Positions 9,401 through 18,681 are shown, counted from the first letter of the stretch. The stretch is 64,000 nt of DNA from an uncultured Polyangiaceae bacterium (GCA_964454965.1 CAYVXY010000002.1:49426-113425); one strand, 5' to 3'. A program made the numbers and translations. The notes: a model not told the origin generated them from the letters alone.

Positions 9401-10983
9401 TCAATGAGGAAACGCACGTCCGACAGGTCGTCTCGACACAGAACATGCGCGCCCCAGGGCGTCTTTTCCCCCGTTCGCACCAGACCAATCCCGCAGTCAC
9501 TCGCCGCCAGCGCCTCGGAATTTCCGCGCGCCACAACAGCCACACCATGCCCTTGTATCTGCAAGTGGCGAATGACCTCGACTAGATCACGTTCCGCGTC
9601 GATGCGGTCGTCAACCGGAGCGCGCTCGAGCAGTTCCGAGTCGCCAGCCACGACGACATGCATGTCTGCACGTTGGGCAGCCGCAACCAGTTCTTCGAGA
9701 CCCGTCTGGGGTAAGAGGTCAATCGATGCAACCGCAATGCGCCGTGGTCCGTCGAACAACCCCAATACGAGGTGACCTGCAAGCGCCAAATCTTCCGCAA
9801 CGCGGATCAGCGCGTCGTCTTGGGGAGGCGCGAGCCCAAGTGGCAAGAGCACATGCTCTCCCTCGCTGTGCCGCTCGAGCGGATGATCGGCATCGAACAA
9901 GCGATCGATCAGCTGGCGCGCAAGAAGCGCGTCGATGCCCTCGACTGCGTGCAGATTGGTGATCGCAAACCGGTCCTTTTGTACGACGTCGGCAGCGAGT
10001 ACTAGACAATCCAATCGATCGAGGCGCCGCAACGCGTCGGAATCGAGAACCAAAACGCGCCGCTGCGCCAAGCAACGCCCGACCTCGGCCGAAAAGACGT
10101 CACGCCCGAGCCGAGCCGGCTTGGGAACACCGCCAAACAGCGCCGCCGTGGCGCGGTGAAAACTGCGTGTGGTCAGCAGGCTAAACAGGAACCCTGCCAA
10201 GGCCACCATCCAAGCCCGATTGGCGTATTCCTCGATCGGACCGAATGGCAGTTCGATCGGGCGCGTCTGGTTGCCCGCTCCAGGCAAGACACAGTCGGCA
10301 GGTCCGGCGCAAAGCTCTTCTTCGCGGTCGAGCCACACGCCATGCTGCGCCTTGGCCTCGCGTAACAAGGCGGTCCGATGAGCGACGTCGACAAGCGACG
10401 CAATGGGACGTTGTGCAAGTCCATTGCCAGCTGCAATGATCACGCTGAAGAAGAGATCGGTCCGCTCGGCACCCAATCGTTCATCGAATGGTCTTCTGAG
10501 CTTCGGTGCGCCCTTGGCAATGACCGAAACGGATGCCACGGTTCCGGCAATGCGCGACGCGGGGATCGGTGAAAGACGTAGGGCCGCTCCAACCAAAAGG
10601 CCGACTGCGTCTGCCGAGAGTTCCACTGCCAGCCGCAGGAGACGCTCCTCGTCAGCGGGATGCGGCGTGGTGTGGTGTGGGTACGCAGCCGCCGCGCAAC
10701 AGGCCTCGTGTTCCGCTCGCTCCAATGCCTCAAGAACGACCGCTTCGTCGACAGTGCCGGCGCCATAGGCGACAACCACACGACGCGTGTATGGATTGAC
10801 CTCAACCCATTTTACGCCCGAAAGTTCCGCTAGGCTCTTTTTGACGGCGACTTCGAGGAGCAGCATCTCATCGTCATCGAGCTCGCGCAATTCGAGCTGC
10901 GCCCGCGTCGGGCCAAACCAAGTCTTGCGACGGCGCCGCCCAAACAATTGCAGCGCACTGGCGAGCGTTTCACTGAAAGCCAT
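6493..10983 (-). CDS. Very large (1496 aa) P-type cation-transporting ATPase with a ~650-aa N-terminal extension that resembles a degenerate ATPase module
   Basis: The C-terminal part carries SLTGESLPV (TGES), CLDKTGTLTEG, ITGDHPRTAAAIA and VAMVGDGANDAPAI, followed by 6 C-terminal TM helices. See the finding for the N-terminal half. Confidence 0.9.
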   Translation of the reverse strand: MAFSETLASALQLFGRRRRKTWFGPTRAQLELRELDDDEMLLLEVAVKKSLAELSGVKWVEVNPYTRRVVVAYGAGTVDEAVVLEALERAEHEACCAAAAYPHHTTPHPADEERLLRLAVELSADAVGLLVGAALRLSPIPASRIAGTVASVSVIAKGAPKLRRPFDERLGAERTDLFFSVIIAAGNGLAQRPIASLVDVAHRTALLREAKAQHGVWLDREEELCAGPADCVLPGAGNQTRPIELPFGPIEEYANRAWMVALAGFLFSLLTTRSFHRATAALFGGVPKPARLGRDVFSAEVGRCLAQRRVLVLDSDALRRLDRLDCLVLAADVVQKDRFAITNLHAVEGIDALLARQLIDRLFDADHPLERHSEGEHVLLPLGLAPPQDDALIRVAEDLALAGHLVLGLFDGPRRIAVASIDLLPQTGLEELVAAAQRADMHVVVAGDSELLERAPVDDRIDAERDLVEVIRHLQIQGHGVAVVARGNSEALAASDCGIGLVRTGEKTPWGAHVLCRDDLSDVRFLIEATVVARQIAKQSVNIALAAATMGALVSAGGLLPLTSRRVITVVNAATLISMLNGVRASRALARQPVVPLRDRTPWHALDARGVMRRLSTSEVGLAEIEVHRRRPVKSSVKPAFVEFVEDVSDELFNPLAPLLAVGAGLSAVAGSMGDAVMVGGVVVVNAIFGGYQKFRTERRIRDLTQVARRTVTVHRDGHIVDVDVDDLVTGDIVVLSSGEVVPADCRILHAESLEVDTASLTGESLPVVRSSDPSYEGSAADRSSMLYSGTSIAAGRVTGIVVAVGDQTEAKRGMVALRRVPHASGVEQRLRSLVNLTAPVALGAGVGLVLAGMLRGRRVEHLVPAGVSLAVASVPEGLPLLATAAQLAAARRLMARGALVRSTRSIEALGRVDVLCLDKTGTLTEGRLEFVGVTQGRRFVGRDELLEMERLVVAAALRAAPDARYAMAHDDPTDAALLRSAESLSVSLTLGRSHWERGAELPFEPGRAYHAVLGRAEGADWLDVKGAPEVILAACTQAVVDGQRVALDDVTRRDVEQVTDQLARRGYRLLGVADRQVPSADPEQLRDLSGLTLLGMVAFRDPVRPTASKALRRLRRTGVRPLMITGDHPRTAAAIADELRFVDRRVQLSGAQLLSMTDDELDRCLDDVQIFARVTPSQKARIVRALQRKGRVVAMVGDGANDAPAIRLANVGIAVGETSTGAARSAADIVLTDERIETVVEAIIEGRAMWASVRDAVSILVGGNLGEIGFTLAAGLVDGRPPLNPRQLLLVNLLTDVAPAMAIALRPPSVEQLEQLANEGPDASLGKPLNRDIAARAIITASGAGMAWTVARVLGSFERASTVGLLALVGTQLGQTITAGGYSRPVITTSVLSSALLAAIVQTPGVSQFFGCQPLSPIGWGIALGSSVLATGLAVSFPQVTSVVAQRLRPIDTVLHEPPKSMPPSVPPAPTVRAMQSVIQNEALLELVQRTGEWT

Positions 10984-11161
10984 CGGTTACCGAGAAGAAG
11001 GGATCTGACACGAATTTCGGGAGCAAGGTAAGTCCGTCGCTGACAGGTCTCTGGGCCATTGGGCCGCGCGGCGAGAAGTACGCATTTTGACCACACTTGT
11101 CAGGGGTTGGGAACAGAAGAATTGACTCAAGTTTCCGGGTTCGTCGCCGTATCTTAGATTT

Positions 11162-12199
11162 GTGGTACTTCGCCGCGGAGCTCGTTTTGCACTTGCTACG
11201 GGACTGGCTTTGAGCTTGTGCTTAGCGATCACGGTACCTGCTCGCATCTCGTCGGCGACCAACGGCACAGGTGGTCTGAGCACTGGGGGCACTGGTACCT
11301 CACTCAACGCTGCAGGTGGATCAATCTTGCGGGGGTCATCTACCAGCAGTTCCGCCGGTCGCGCCTCCGCGGGCACCACCGCGATAGGCGGCACAACGCA
11401 GTCGACCGCGCAAACGCGTGCCGGCACCGGCGGCACTGCCGGCAGCCGAACCGCGACGAGTGTCGCCCCCCCTTCTGGGCTCGATGCAGGGGCAACTCGA
11501 CCAACCTGGCGTGAAGCCGAAGTCGTGCTGACGGTGGATCCTAGCTACATCGCCATGCCCTACGCCAGGCAGGCGCTCGAAGCAGCCCTGCTGGCTTGGA
11601 CTAGCAAGGCCGATCAACTGCCCAAGGTGACGCTACGCTACGCCGAAGATATGATGGGCAGCCAGAGCGCCGAGGAGAACCTGGCCGATCATCGCATCTT
11701 CTTTGCGCCATTAGGTGACAGACGTGCCAAGGGGGCACTTGCCATCACGCTAGTGACCGCAGACGAAAATAGCTCGTCCATCATGGACGCCGATATTCTG
11801 GTCAACGGCGGTCATCTGTTTACCGACGTGACCGCATCGCCCCAGGGACAGACTTTGGCTGTAGCCTACGACCTACAGGACGTCATTACCCACGAGCTCG
11901 GACATTGGTTCGGTCTGGACGAAGAATCCGCAAATGGCGAGTCAACGATGTACGCTTACGTCTACCCTGGCGAGACCAAGAAACGCGACCTTGACCAGAG
12001 TGACATTGCCGCAGTCCAGCTCGCCTACTGGCAAGCCGATAATCCGAGCGAGAATCGTGGTTGCAGCCTGAGGCGAACGCCTTCCAACGGCGTCCCCTGG
12101 GGCCTCGGTTGTCTGGCCGCCGCAGTTTGTCTGGTCCGACGAGGAAATCGACGCGGCAGAACTCATGTTTTGGTCCGCGTCAGCCGTCTTCAACCCTGA
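11162..12199 (+). CDS. Secreted metzincin-like zinc metalloprotease
   Basis: Signal peptide MVLRRGARFALATGLALSLCLAITVPA, then a Gly/Ser/Thr/Ala linker. The zinc motif is HELGHWFGLDE and a Met-turn-like ESTMYAY follows. The C-terminal tail is Cys + hydrophobic + Arg-rich. Confidence 0.8.
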   Translation: MVLRRGARFALATGLALSLCLAITVPARISSATNGTGGLSTGGTGTSLNAAGGSILRGSSTSSSAGRASAGTTAIGGTTQSTAQTRAGTGGTAGSRTATSVAPPSGLDAGATRPTWREAEVVLTVDPSYIAMPYARQALEAALLAWTSKADQLPKVTLRYAEDMMGSQSAEENLADHRIFFAPLGDRRAKGALAITLVTADENSSSIMDADILVNGGHLFTDVTASPQGQTLAVAYDLQDVITHELGHWFGLDEESANGESTMYAYVYPGETKKRDLDQSDIAAVQLAYWQADNPSENRGCSLRRTPSNGVPWGLGCLAAAVCLVRRGNRRGRTHVLVRVSRLQP

Positions 12200-12253
12200 G
12201 TATTCGACGTCGAGTAAAGCTCGCGCATTCCGTTAGGTCGACGGGGACTCGTT

Positions 12254-12748
12254 TTGGCGAAAGTGAAGGATGAACCGATGATGCAGGCGAAATTGGCAAA
12301 TCAAGCCGACGCAAAACGCGTGGAACGCGCCGAGGCCGAGTTCAGCAAAGTGCAGGATCCGCCTGCCAGCGTGGGCAGTCGCTCGCCCGCCAGCATCAGT
12401 AGTCAACGACGCATTGCGCCGCGTTACAAGGTCGAGCTAGACGTTAGCCTGGGCAGCGACCACAATTTCTACGTCGGGTTCGTCGAAAACATGTCTCAAG
12501 GCGGCGTGTTCATAGCGACGCACATGCTCAAGGCGGTGGGCGAGGTCTTCGAACTCACTGTGCACCTTCCCAACAGCGATGCTGTTGTCCAAGGTGTGGG
12601 TGAGGTGCGCTGGATCCGTGAGTATTCCGAGCGCAGCAACGTGCCCCCTGGCATGGGGATCCGTTTCATTTCCCTGCAGCCAGGATGTAGAGAAGCGATC
12701 GAGTCGTTCCTCGCCGATCGCGCACCGCTGTTCTTCGACGACGAATGA
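12254..12748 (+). CDS. PilZ-domain protein (myxobacterial TIGR02266-type)
   Basis: RRIAPRYKVELDVSL..FYVGFVENMSQGGVFIAT..VFELTVHLP..GVGEVRWIRE..PPGMGIRFISL. This is the PilZ RxxxR ... (D/N)xSxxG pattern. The ORF starts at TTG 12254; the first ATG is at 12278. Confidence 0.8.
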   Translation: MAKVKDEPMMQAKLANQADAKRVERAEAEFSKVQDPPASVGSRSPASISSQRRIAPRYKVELDVSLGSDHNFYVGFVENMSQGGVFIATHMLKAVGEVFELTVHLPNSDAVVQGVGEVRWIREYSERSNVPPGMGIRFISLQPGCREAIESFLADRAPLFFDDE

Positions 12749-12763
12749 TTCTCGGAGAGGCAC

Positions 12764-14644
12764 CTACAGCCACGGGTTCGGCAAGAGGTCGCTTCGGTTC
12801 GACCTTGCCAACCGTACAGCGCCGCTGACGACCCAACCCGCGGCAACGAGCGTGCTTGCCAGTAGCACCCACGCCGACACGTCTTCGAGCCAGACCAAAG
12901 CATAGCGACGCGTCAAGAGGGACCAGAGCGGCGCGGTTGCTGCCCCCATGACAACGAGCCCCATCCCGTACCTCATCAGGCTCGGCAGGGCCTGCTGCAT
13001 CGAGAGTTCACCGGCGATGTGGCGCAACGCGGCAACGCTTGCGACCAAACACCCAGCCTTCGCGAACCAGGCCACTACGCCGACTAGCTGCCAAACGTAG
13101 CTCGAGGACTGCAGCGTATCACTCACGAATGGTACCCGGTACCCACCAAAAGAAAGCAGGCTGATGAGCAGGGCTGCCGACCAAAGGTGCACCGTTCCAG
13201 ACAGCAGTCGTGAAATGCCACGAGTCAGCTCGAGCCAACGTACGGGTTTCGCCCCAGAAGGCTCGCTTGGCGACAGTTCTGGAACCAGTGCCAATAGCGC
13301 CAGGAACGTCAGCAGCAACAGCGGTGGACTCTTGAAGAAGTTTACGCCCAAGGGGGATGTCCCCTGAGCTCCCACGAGATCGACGAATCGGAGGCTTCGC
13401 GTCGCAACAACCACGGTCACGGTCAATGCCAAGAGAGGCACCTGATACAGCAACGCGCTGCCGGCTGCCTTGGCGGCGGCCCAAGTCGACCTCGACGAAA
13501 GTGCGATCCTCGTCAGTAGGGCAGCCCACCCCACCGCCACGGTTTGGGCGAGGACCCAAAGTGCGAGGTCTAGTTCGCTCGACACCAAATCGACACGCAG
13601 CCCAATCAGCGTTCCCAACGCAGTGATGGCAATCAAGGTCATGACGACGAGCAAGCCCCAACCCGCCTCGTCGGGTAGTCCAACCAGTCTTGACTGAAGC
13701 CAACTGCGACGGCGCCAATTGAGGCGCATTGCTGGAAAAGTGGTCGAATGCGTCTCGCGCAGCCTGACCGCCAGCCAACGCCTTGTCCACTCGAGAGGCC
13801 GCCCAAGTCGCGTGTGCGCGAGCAACAACCAAAGCCCAAAGAACCCGACGAAACCCATAGCTGGTCCCAGTTCACTCGGTGCCGCCGAGCGATAGCCCTG
13901 CACGTCGAGCTCACGAGTAATGAGCGGCCCAGTGCCACTACGCCGATAGGTGAGGCGCGCAACGCGGCTACGCCCGGAGGGGACCAGGTCCTCCTTGTCT
14001 TGGATCGTCACCCCATCTAGATCGACGAGCCTATCTCCAGCGCCCAACCCGGTCGCGTGGGCGCGACCTTCGGCGCTAGCGACCACGCAGCATTCGCCCA
14101 TTTCCGCGCCGCGGAGCGTGAGCCCGAGAAAGCCGAGCGCCGCCGCAGCATCCTCGTCGCGCTGCCGCTGCAGTGTTTCCGATACGAGCGGTGGCGCTAC
14201 GTCGAGTACGACGTCTGACAGCACGCCAACGACTGGAGCTGCCCCCGTCTTCTTCGGGGTGAAGGAGACCTCGATGTCACCGCGAAATGTCGTATGCTTG
14301 GCTGCGTCACTACTGCCGGTAAAGGCAGTCCGCAGGGCTTCGGTCATGGAAACGGAGAGTGAACGCGGAGAACTCGTGGTCGTGCGCGCCACGATTTCGA
14401 CGTCGCGTTCGACGGGACTAGCTGGACGATAGAGGTCACCACGAAACGCGACCCTTGCCGACTTTCCCTCGGGCAAGCCACTGCCTTGGATCTCGAGTTC
14501 ATCGCCAACGCCGAGATCCCTCGGACTGAGTCCGGTCAGGCTCAATAGGTTGGCCCCCTGGTGCGAACTCTGACAGGACAGCGTCAAGAGCGCGAGCAGC
14601 AGCAGAGTCGCAAGCAGGCCAATTCGTGAAGCCTTCGGGCGCAT
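12764..14644 (-). CDS. Lipoprotein-signal / PDZ-like / polytopic membrane protein
   Basis: 626 aa. N-terminus LLLALLTLSC is a lipobox. A PDZ-like stretch follows (ASAEGRAHATGLGAGDRLVDLDGVTIQDKEDLV). The C-terminal ~370 aa have at least 8 hydrophobic helices. Confidence 0.75.
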   Translation of the reverse strand: MRPKASRIGLLATLLLLALLTLSCQSSHQGANLLSLTGLSPRDLGVGDELEIQGSGLPEGKSARVAFRGDLYRPASPVERDVEIVARTTTSSPRSLSVSMTEALRTAFTGSSDAAKHTTFRGDIEVSFTPKKTGAAPVVGVLSDVVLDVAPPLVSETLQRQRDEDAAAALGFLGLTLRGAEMGECCVVASAEGRAHATGLGAGDRLVDLDGVTIQDKEDLVPSGRSRVARLTYRRSGTGPLITRELDVQGYRSAAPSELGPAMGFVGFFGLWLLLAHTRLGRPLEWTRRWLAVRLRETHSTTFPAMRLNWRRRSWLQSRLVGLPDEAGWGLLVVMTLIAITALGTLIGLRVDLVSSELDLALWVLAQTVAVGWAALLTRIALSSRSTWAAAKAAGSALLYQVPLLALTVTVVVATRSLRFVDLVGAQGTSPLGVNFFKSPPLLLLTFLALLALVPELSPSEPSGAKPVRWLELTRGISRLLSGTVHLWSAALLISLLSFGGYRVPFVSDTLQSSSYVWQLVGVVAWFAKAGCLVASVAALRHIAGELSMQQALPSLMRYGMGLVVMGAATAPLWSLLTRRYALVWLEDVSAWVLLASTLVAAGWVVSGAVRLARSNRSDLLPNPWL

Positions 14645-14693
14645 GTCCCCTCATACCCTTAGGCCACCTGGTCGGGCGAGTTCTCGGCAACCG

Positions 14694-17102
14694 TTAATGC
14701 GAAAGCGCCGCCCGAATCGCCAGAAGGTTCCGCTCCTCGGCGCCTTCCAGGGCGTTGCCCCGTGGCGTCGAATACTCGAGCACGACGCTGTTATCGGTCG
14801 AAAGCCGGCCCTTTTTGTGGGTACTCGCTGCGAGAACCGCAGCCATTTTCTCTTTCGGAACCAGACGATGCGTCAAGATGGCCTTCGGCTCTTCGAGCCC
14901 TGCGAGCGCGAGCAGTTCCTTGCCGTGTGCCGAAGCGATGCGTAGCGCCTCGGGGTCTGGGCTGGGCAGGTGCTTGCCTGCCACGAGGATCCCCTGGTGC
15001 CCACCGAGCCAAAGCTCGATCTCGGGAAACACCGTCTGCATCGTCGTGATGATCGTGGCGATGTCTTCGAGCTCGATGTGATGCAATTGCACCCATTGCT
15101 GCAGCACGCCATCGTTTGTCATACGCCGTCGGCACAGTTCGTAGAATTCGCGACTGTATAGATTGCCCGCAGACGCGAACCAAATGCTCGTAAGCTCAAT
15201 CGAGATAAGATCGTACTTCTCTTGGCTGAGCAGCAGATGGTTTCGCCCGTCGCGGATCCGGACATGTACGTTATTCTCGTCGAACACGCCGTTGTGGACG
15301 TCCTTGAACCAGCGGCGCGAAGTCTCGACGATGTTCGGACTGATATCGACGGCGTCGAGGTCACGGTAGCCAAACGCGTGCAGCACCGAAGCCGTCTGCC
15401 CCGTGCCAATCCCGATATTCAGTGCGCGCACGCGTGAGCGTACGTACAGGTTCGGGATCGCGGCAATGAGGATCTGATCCAAGCGTTCAGGGCCGTTGTT
15501 GCCCTCGAACTTGCCGTTGGTCATCAAGGTGTTCTCAGCCCTGTCGCTTACGACGGTAGTCATACCCCCGTGCACGTCCTCGACGAAATGTACGAGTTTG
15601 TGTCGATTGCGATCGAACCCAGGAGCAAAGTAGATATTCGAACCCGACGTCATTCGCGCGATATCCCAAGGCTCGTGCCAGACGAGGCTCACACAACACC
15701 AAAGCCCAACACCGACTGCGGAAAAGCGCAGCACCCGTCGCTCGATGAGCAACAACACCGGCAGCGCCAGCAGCGTGACCAAGCCGGCCAAGAGGCGCAT
15801 CGTGCCCTGGGAACCAAACCGTTCGATCAGCCAGAACCCAGTGATGGTACTGCCAACGATGGTCCCCGCCGTGTTCACGGCGTACGTGATACCAACGCGT
15901 CGACTCGAACCCTCGAGCCCTGAACGTTGCAGGCAAAGCGCGGTGGGGAACAGGATCCCCATGGCCAGTGCAGACGGGAAGATTAGCCACCCGACGACGA
16001 CGGCGCGTGTCAGTTCGCGCCCGAAGAAGCCCGGCTTGAAGTAACCGACGAGTTCGAAAATGGCGCCGGCGCGTTCCCAGTTGGCCATCGAATAGGCAAC
16101 GGTCGCACCCGTCGCGAGCAAACCAAAACCCAGCACCGCGGCCACGCTCCGCGACGGCAAGCGTCCGACGAACTTCGATACCATGGCGCCGGAAGCGGCC
16201 AACGCGACGAGGAAGATGGCAAGCACCAGTCCAAAGGCGTAGGTCGAGGTGCCAACCACCGTCGCCAAGAGATGCGACCACAACACCTCGAAGGCAAGCG
16301 TGACGAAACCGCTGACGGCGGCAAAGCAGTAGAGCACCGATGGCGAGAGCCAACGCGCAGCAAATGGATCCGCAGTGGCCGCGGCAGGGTCGGAATGCAG
16401 AGCCCCCGAGCCAACGCCTGGCTCGGTACTCGACGTCTTGATCTCGAGAACGAGGTCCGACCGCACGCCATTGGGGTCACGATCCAAAAACCAACAACCC
16501 AGAAAGACGAGTGAGTTTAGCCCAAGAACGAGCAGCAGCGTACCGAAGAGTCCAAACGCGGCGATGACGACGTAGGTGCATAGCATCGTACCGATGGCAG
16601 CGCCCAGCGTGTTGATGGTGTAGAGGCGCCCAATGTTGCCTTCGAGATCGGGCAAATCGCGAATGAAACGCACGAGCAGGGGAAAGCTTATCCCCATGGC
16701 CACGGTCGGCGGCAAGACGACGAGCGAGGCCAATAGGAAGCGCAACAGCGTGAGCCAGGCGATCCCGTGCTGGCCGTCCACAAGACCACTGCCTAGGTAG
16801 CCAACGAATTCACCCAGCCCCCGAAACAACAACGGCGCGACCAACGCGAAGAGACCAACGCCAAGCTCGAGGCTGCCATACCAACGCAGGCGGCGCGTGA
16901 GTCGCTCGCTGTATTTTCCGCCAATCACGTTGCCGAGCGACAGGCCCAACATGAACGCCGCGAGCACCGTGCTGACCGCGTGAGCCGTGGTGCCAAAGAC
17001 ATAGCCAAGGTATTTTACGAAGACGAGTTCAACCGTGAGCGCTGAGAATCCAGATAGAAAAAACAGCAGCGAAAGGCTCGCTAGACGCGTCGCTGGCTTC
17101 AT
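14694..17102 (-). CDS. Fused membrane (MFS-like) / spermidine synthase-like protein
   Basis: 802 aa. The N-terminal ~480 aa form a multi-TM domain. The C-terminal part has LNIGIGTGQTASVL..DAVDISPNIVE..VHVRIRDGRNHL..YDLISIELTSIWFASAGNLYSREFY, a class I SAM/aminopropyl-transferase fold. Confidence 0.85.
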   Translation of the reverse strand: MKPATRLASLSLLFFLSGFSALTVELVFVKYLGYVFGTTAHAVSTVLAAFMLGLSLGNVIGGKYSERLTRRLRWYGSLELGVGLFALVAPLLFRGLGEFVGYLGSGLVDGQHGIAWLTLLRFLLASLVVLPPTVAMGISFPLLVRFIRDLPDLEGNIGRLYTINTLGAAIGTMLCTYVVIAAFGLFGTLLLVLGLNSLVFLGCWFLDRDPNGVRSDLVLEIKTSSTEPGVGSGALHSDPAAATADPFAARWLSPSVLYCFAAVSGFVTLAFEVLWSHLLATVVGTSTYAFGLVLAIFLVALAASGAMVSKFVGRLPSRSVAAVLGFGLLATGATVAYSMANWERAGAIFELVGYFKPGFFGRELTRAVVVGWLIFPSALAMGILFPTALCLQRSGLEGSSRRVGITYAVNTAGTIVGSTITGFWLIERFGSQGTMRLLAGLVTLLALPVLLLIERRVLRFSAVGVGLWCCVSLVWHEPWDIARMTSGSNIYFAPGFDRNRHKLVHFVEDVHGGMTTVVSDRAENTLMTNGKFEGNNGPERLDQILIAAIPNLYVRSRVRALNIGIGTGQTASVLHAFGYRDLDAVDISPNIVETSRRWFKDVHNGVFDENNVHVRIRDGRNHLLLSQEKYDLISIELTSIWFASAGNLYSREFYELCRRRMTNDGVLQQWVQLHHIELEDIATIITTMQTVFPEIELWLGGHQGILVAGKHLPSPDPEALRIASAHGKELLALAGLEEPKAILTHRLVPKEKMAAVLAASTHKKGRLSTDNSVVLEYSTPRGNALEGAEERNLLAIRAALSH

Positions 17103-17550
17103 GAGGCACGCGGGTGGGCAACGGGAGCGAACAACATGCCCGAAGATAGCCCCAGGCGATGCCTGTGCTGCTGCACAAGCACCGAAATAGGCGGCACGAC
17201 GGGAACGTTGATAAGGGATCCGAAGACCCCTGCTGGCTAACCGACCTGAAGCCTTAGGCCATGTTGCTGCAACGTCCCGTCGACCGACAGCTCAGTGTTA
17301 TCTGGGTCAGCGACTGGCTCACCGAGAGCCATATCATTTTTGTTTCGCGACGTCGCAGCCACGGATCGCGGCATTCCACCGCGGAATCTGCCCAGTATTT
17401 CGTGCTGTCGAATTCTGAAAAGCAGGGGACCAGCTTCACCGTAGCGAGATATTTCCGTCCTGTGCTGACCGAACTGCCCAACGGATCATCCGCGCGCCTG
17501 CCCGACCGGCGGACTCTCGGAACGCGGATTGTCAAGTGGATGCGAAGAGC

Positions 17551-18429
17551 CTAGCCGTCCAGCACTCCGCCACAAGTTGCGGTGGTTGCCATAGACCAGG
17601 TGCGGCAAAGCCCGTCACTGCCGCACTGGCCACCGACACATTCGCCAGAAGACAAGCACGCAGACCCGTTGGCTTTCTTGGACATGCAGGTTTGTGAATC
17701 GCAGTAGGCGCCAGACGCGCAGACGTAGCTGCTCGCACAGCTTTGCCCGACTGTGGGGATGGCAGTGCAGATCCCCTCGGTGCACACGAGCCCGTCGGAA
17801 GCGTAGCAGGCAGCGGGCTCAGTCGAGGTACCCGCGGCTCCACCGCTGCATGCCATCGAACCATTGTCGGGTAGGTCGCAGGAGGTGGAGCAGAGCTCAC
17901 CTAGACCCGCTCGCGGGATCTGGTAGGTTGGAATCAGGGACGCGTAGTTGGTGCAGTGCCCACTCTCACACCCGACATCTTGGCCAGGGTTGTCGATGCA
18001 TTCCTCTTTGACAGTACAGACCTCGCCGATTGCGACTGTTCCGACGAGCATCAGTTGGCAAGGTTCATTGGCTTTGGAAGCAAGAGTTTGGTCCGTACAG
18101 GCGGTGACTGCATTGCGGTACGCGTCAATGCAACGACCTGCAGCATTCAGGTCGAACCCAATGGCTGGGTTCGCGAGCTCTTCGGCCCACTCATTGTTGA
18201 GCTGAGCCTGCAAGACTACCTTGCAGGCCGCCGTGTCGTGCGGGATGGCGTACTGCGTACAGCAGTTGGCTATGCCTTCGCAGAACGCAGTGGCAAGTTG
18301 CGAAATGAAATTGGTGCGACCAATCGCAGTTGACCCCGGACCTTCCGACGACGTCGCGCCGCCACAACCGAAGGCCGCGAGCCCAAAGGCCAATATCACA
18401 AAGCAACAACTGCTTACTCTACCTTGCAT
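17551..18429 (-). CDS. Cysteine-rich secreted lipoprotein
   Basis: The in-frame ATG at 18429 gives MQGRVSSCCFVILAFGLAAFGCGG (signal + lipobox). The mature part has about 27 Cys, with a Dickkopf-N-like spacing near the C-terminus (SCASSYVCASGAYCDSQTCMSKKANGSACLSSGECVGGQCGSDGLC). Confidence 0.7.
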   Translation of the reverse strand: MQGRVSSCCFVILAFGLAAFGCGGATSSEGPGSTAIGRTNFISQLATAFCEGIANCCTQYAIPHDTAACKVVLQAQLNNEWAEELANPAIGFDLNAAGRCIDAYRNAVTACTDQTLASKANEPCQLMLVGTVAIGEVCTVKEECIDNPGQDVGCESGHCTNYASLIPTYQIPRAGLGELCSTSCDLPDNGSMACSGGAAGTSTEPAACYASDGLVCTEGICTAIPTVGQSCASSYVCASGAYCDSQTCMSKKANGSACLSSGECVGGQCGSDGLCRTWSMATTATCGGVLDG

Positions 18430-18681
18430 GATTCGCGGATCATGCCGGCAATTCCACGTTGATGCAAGCAAGAGTCCGTTCAGACCGGCGGCGGCAGTTG
18501 TCATGACCAATGAGCGAATCACCCATGTCCGAACCGTATCCGCCGATGCAAGTCATTGCATCGAGGTCCCCAGGCGAGCGATTTCCATGTCTCTTGAAGG
18601 CGCAGCTTTCGTCGCCGGAGTCGGCTCATCACCAAAATGGTCTACTTGTCGAGCTTCAGCCAACGGCTGCCGGATCCCCCG

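Noticed and set aside
13119-16353. Long alternative-frame ORFs 13119-13832 (237 aa) and 15535-16353 (272 aa)
   Set aside because: Both are embedded in well-supported genes (12764-14644 and 14694-17102) in other frames. Their composition is Arg/Gly/Pro-rich and they carry no motifs.
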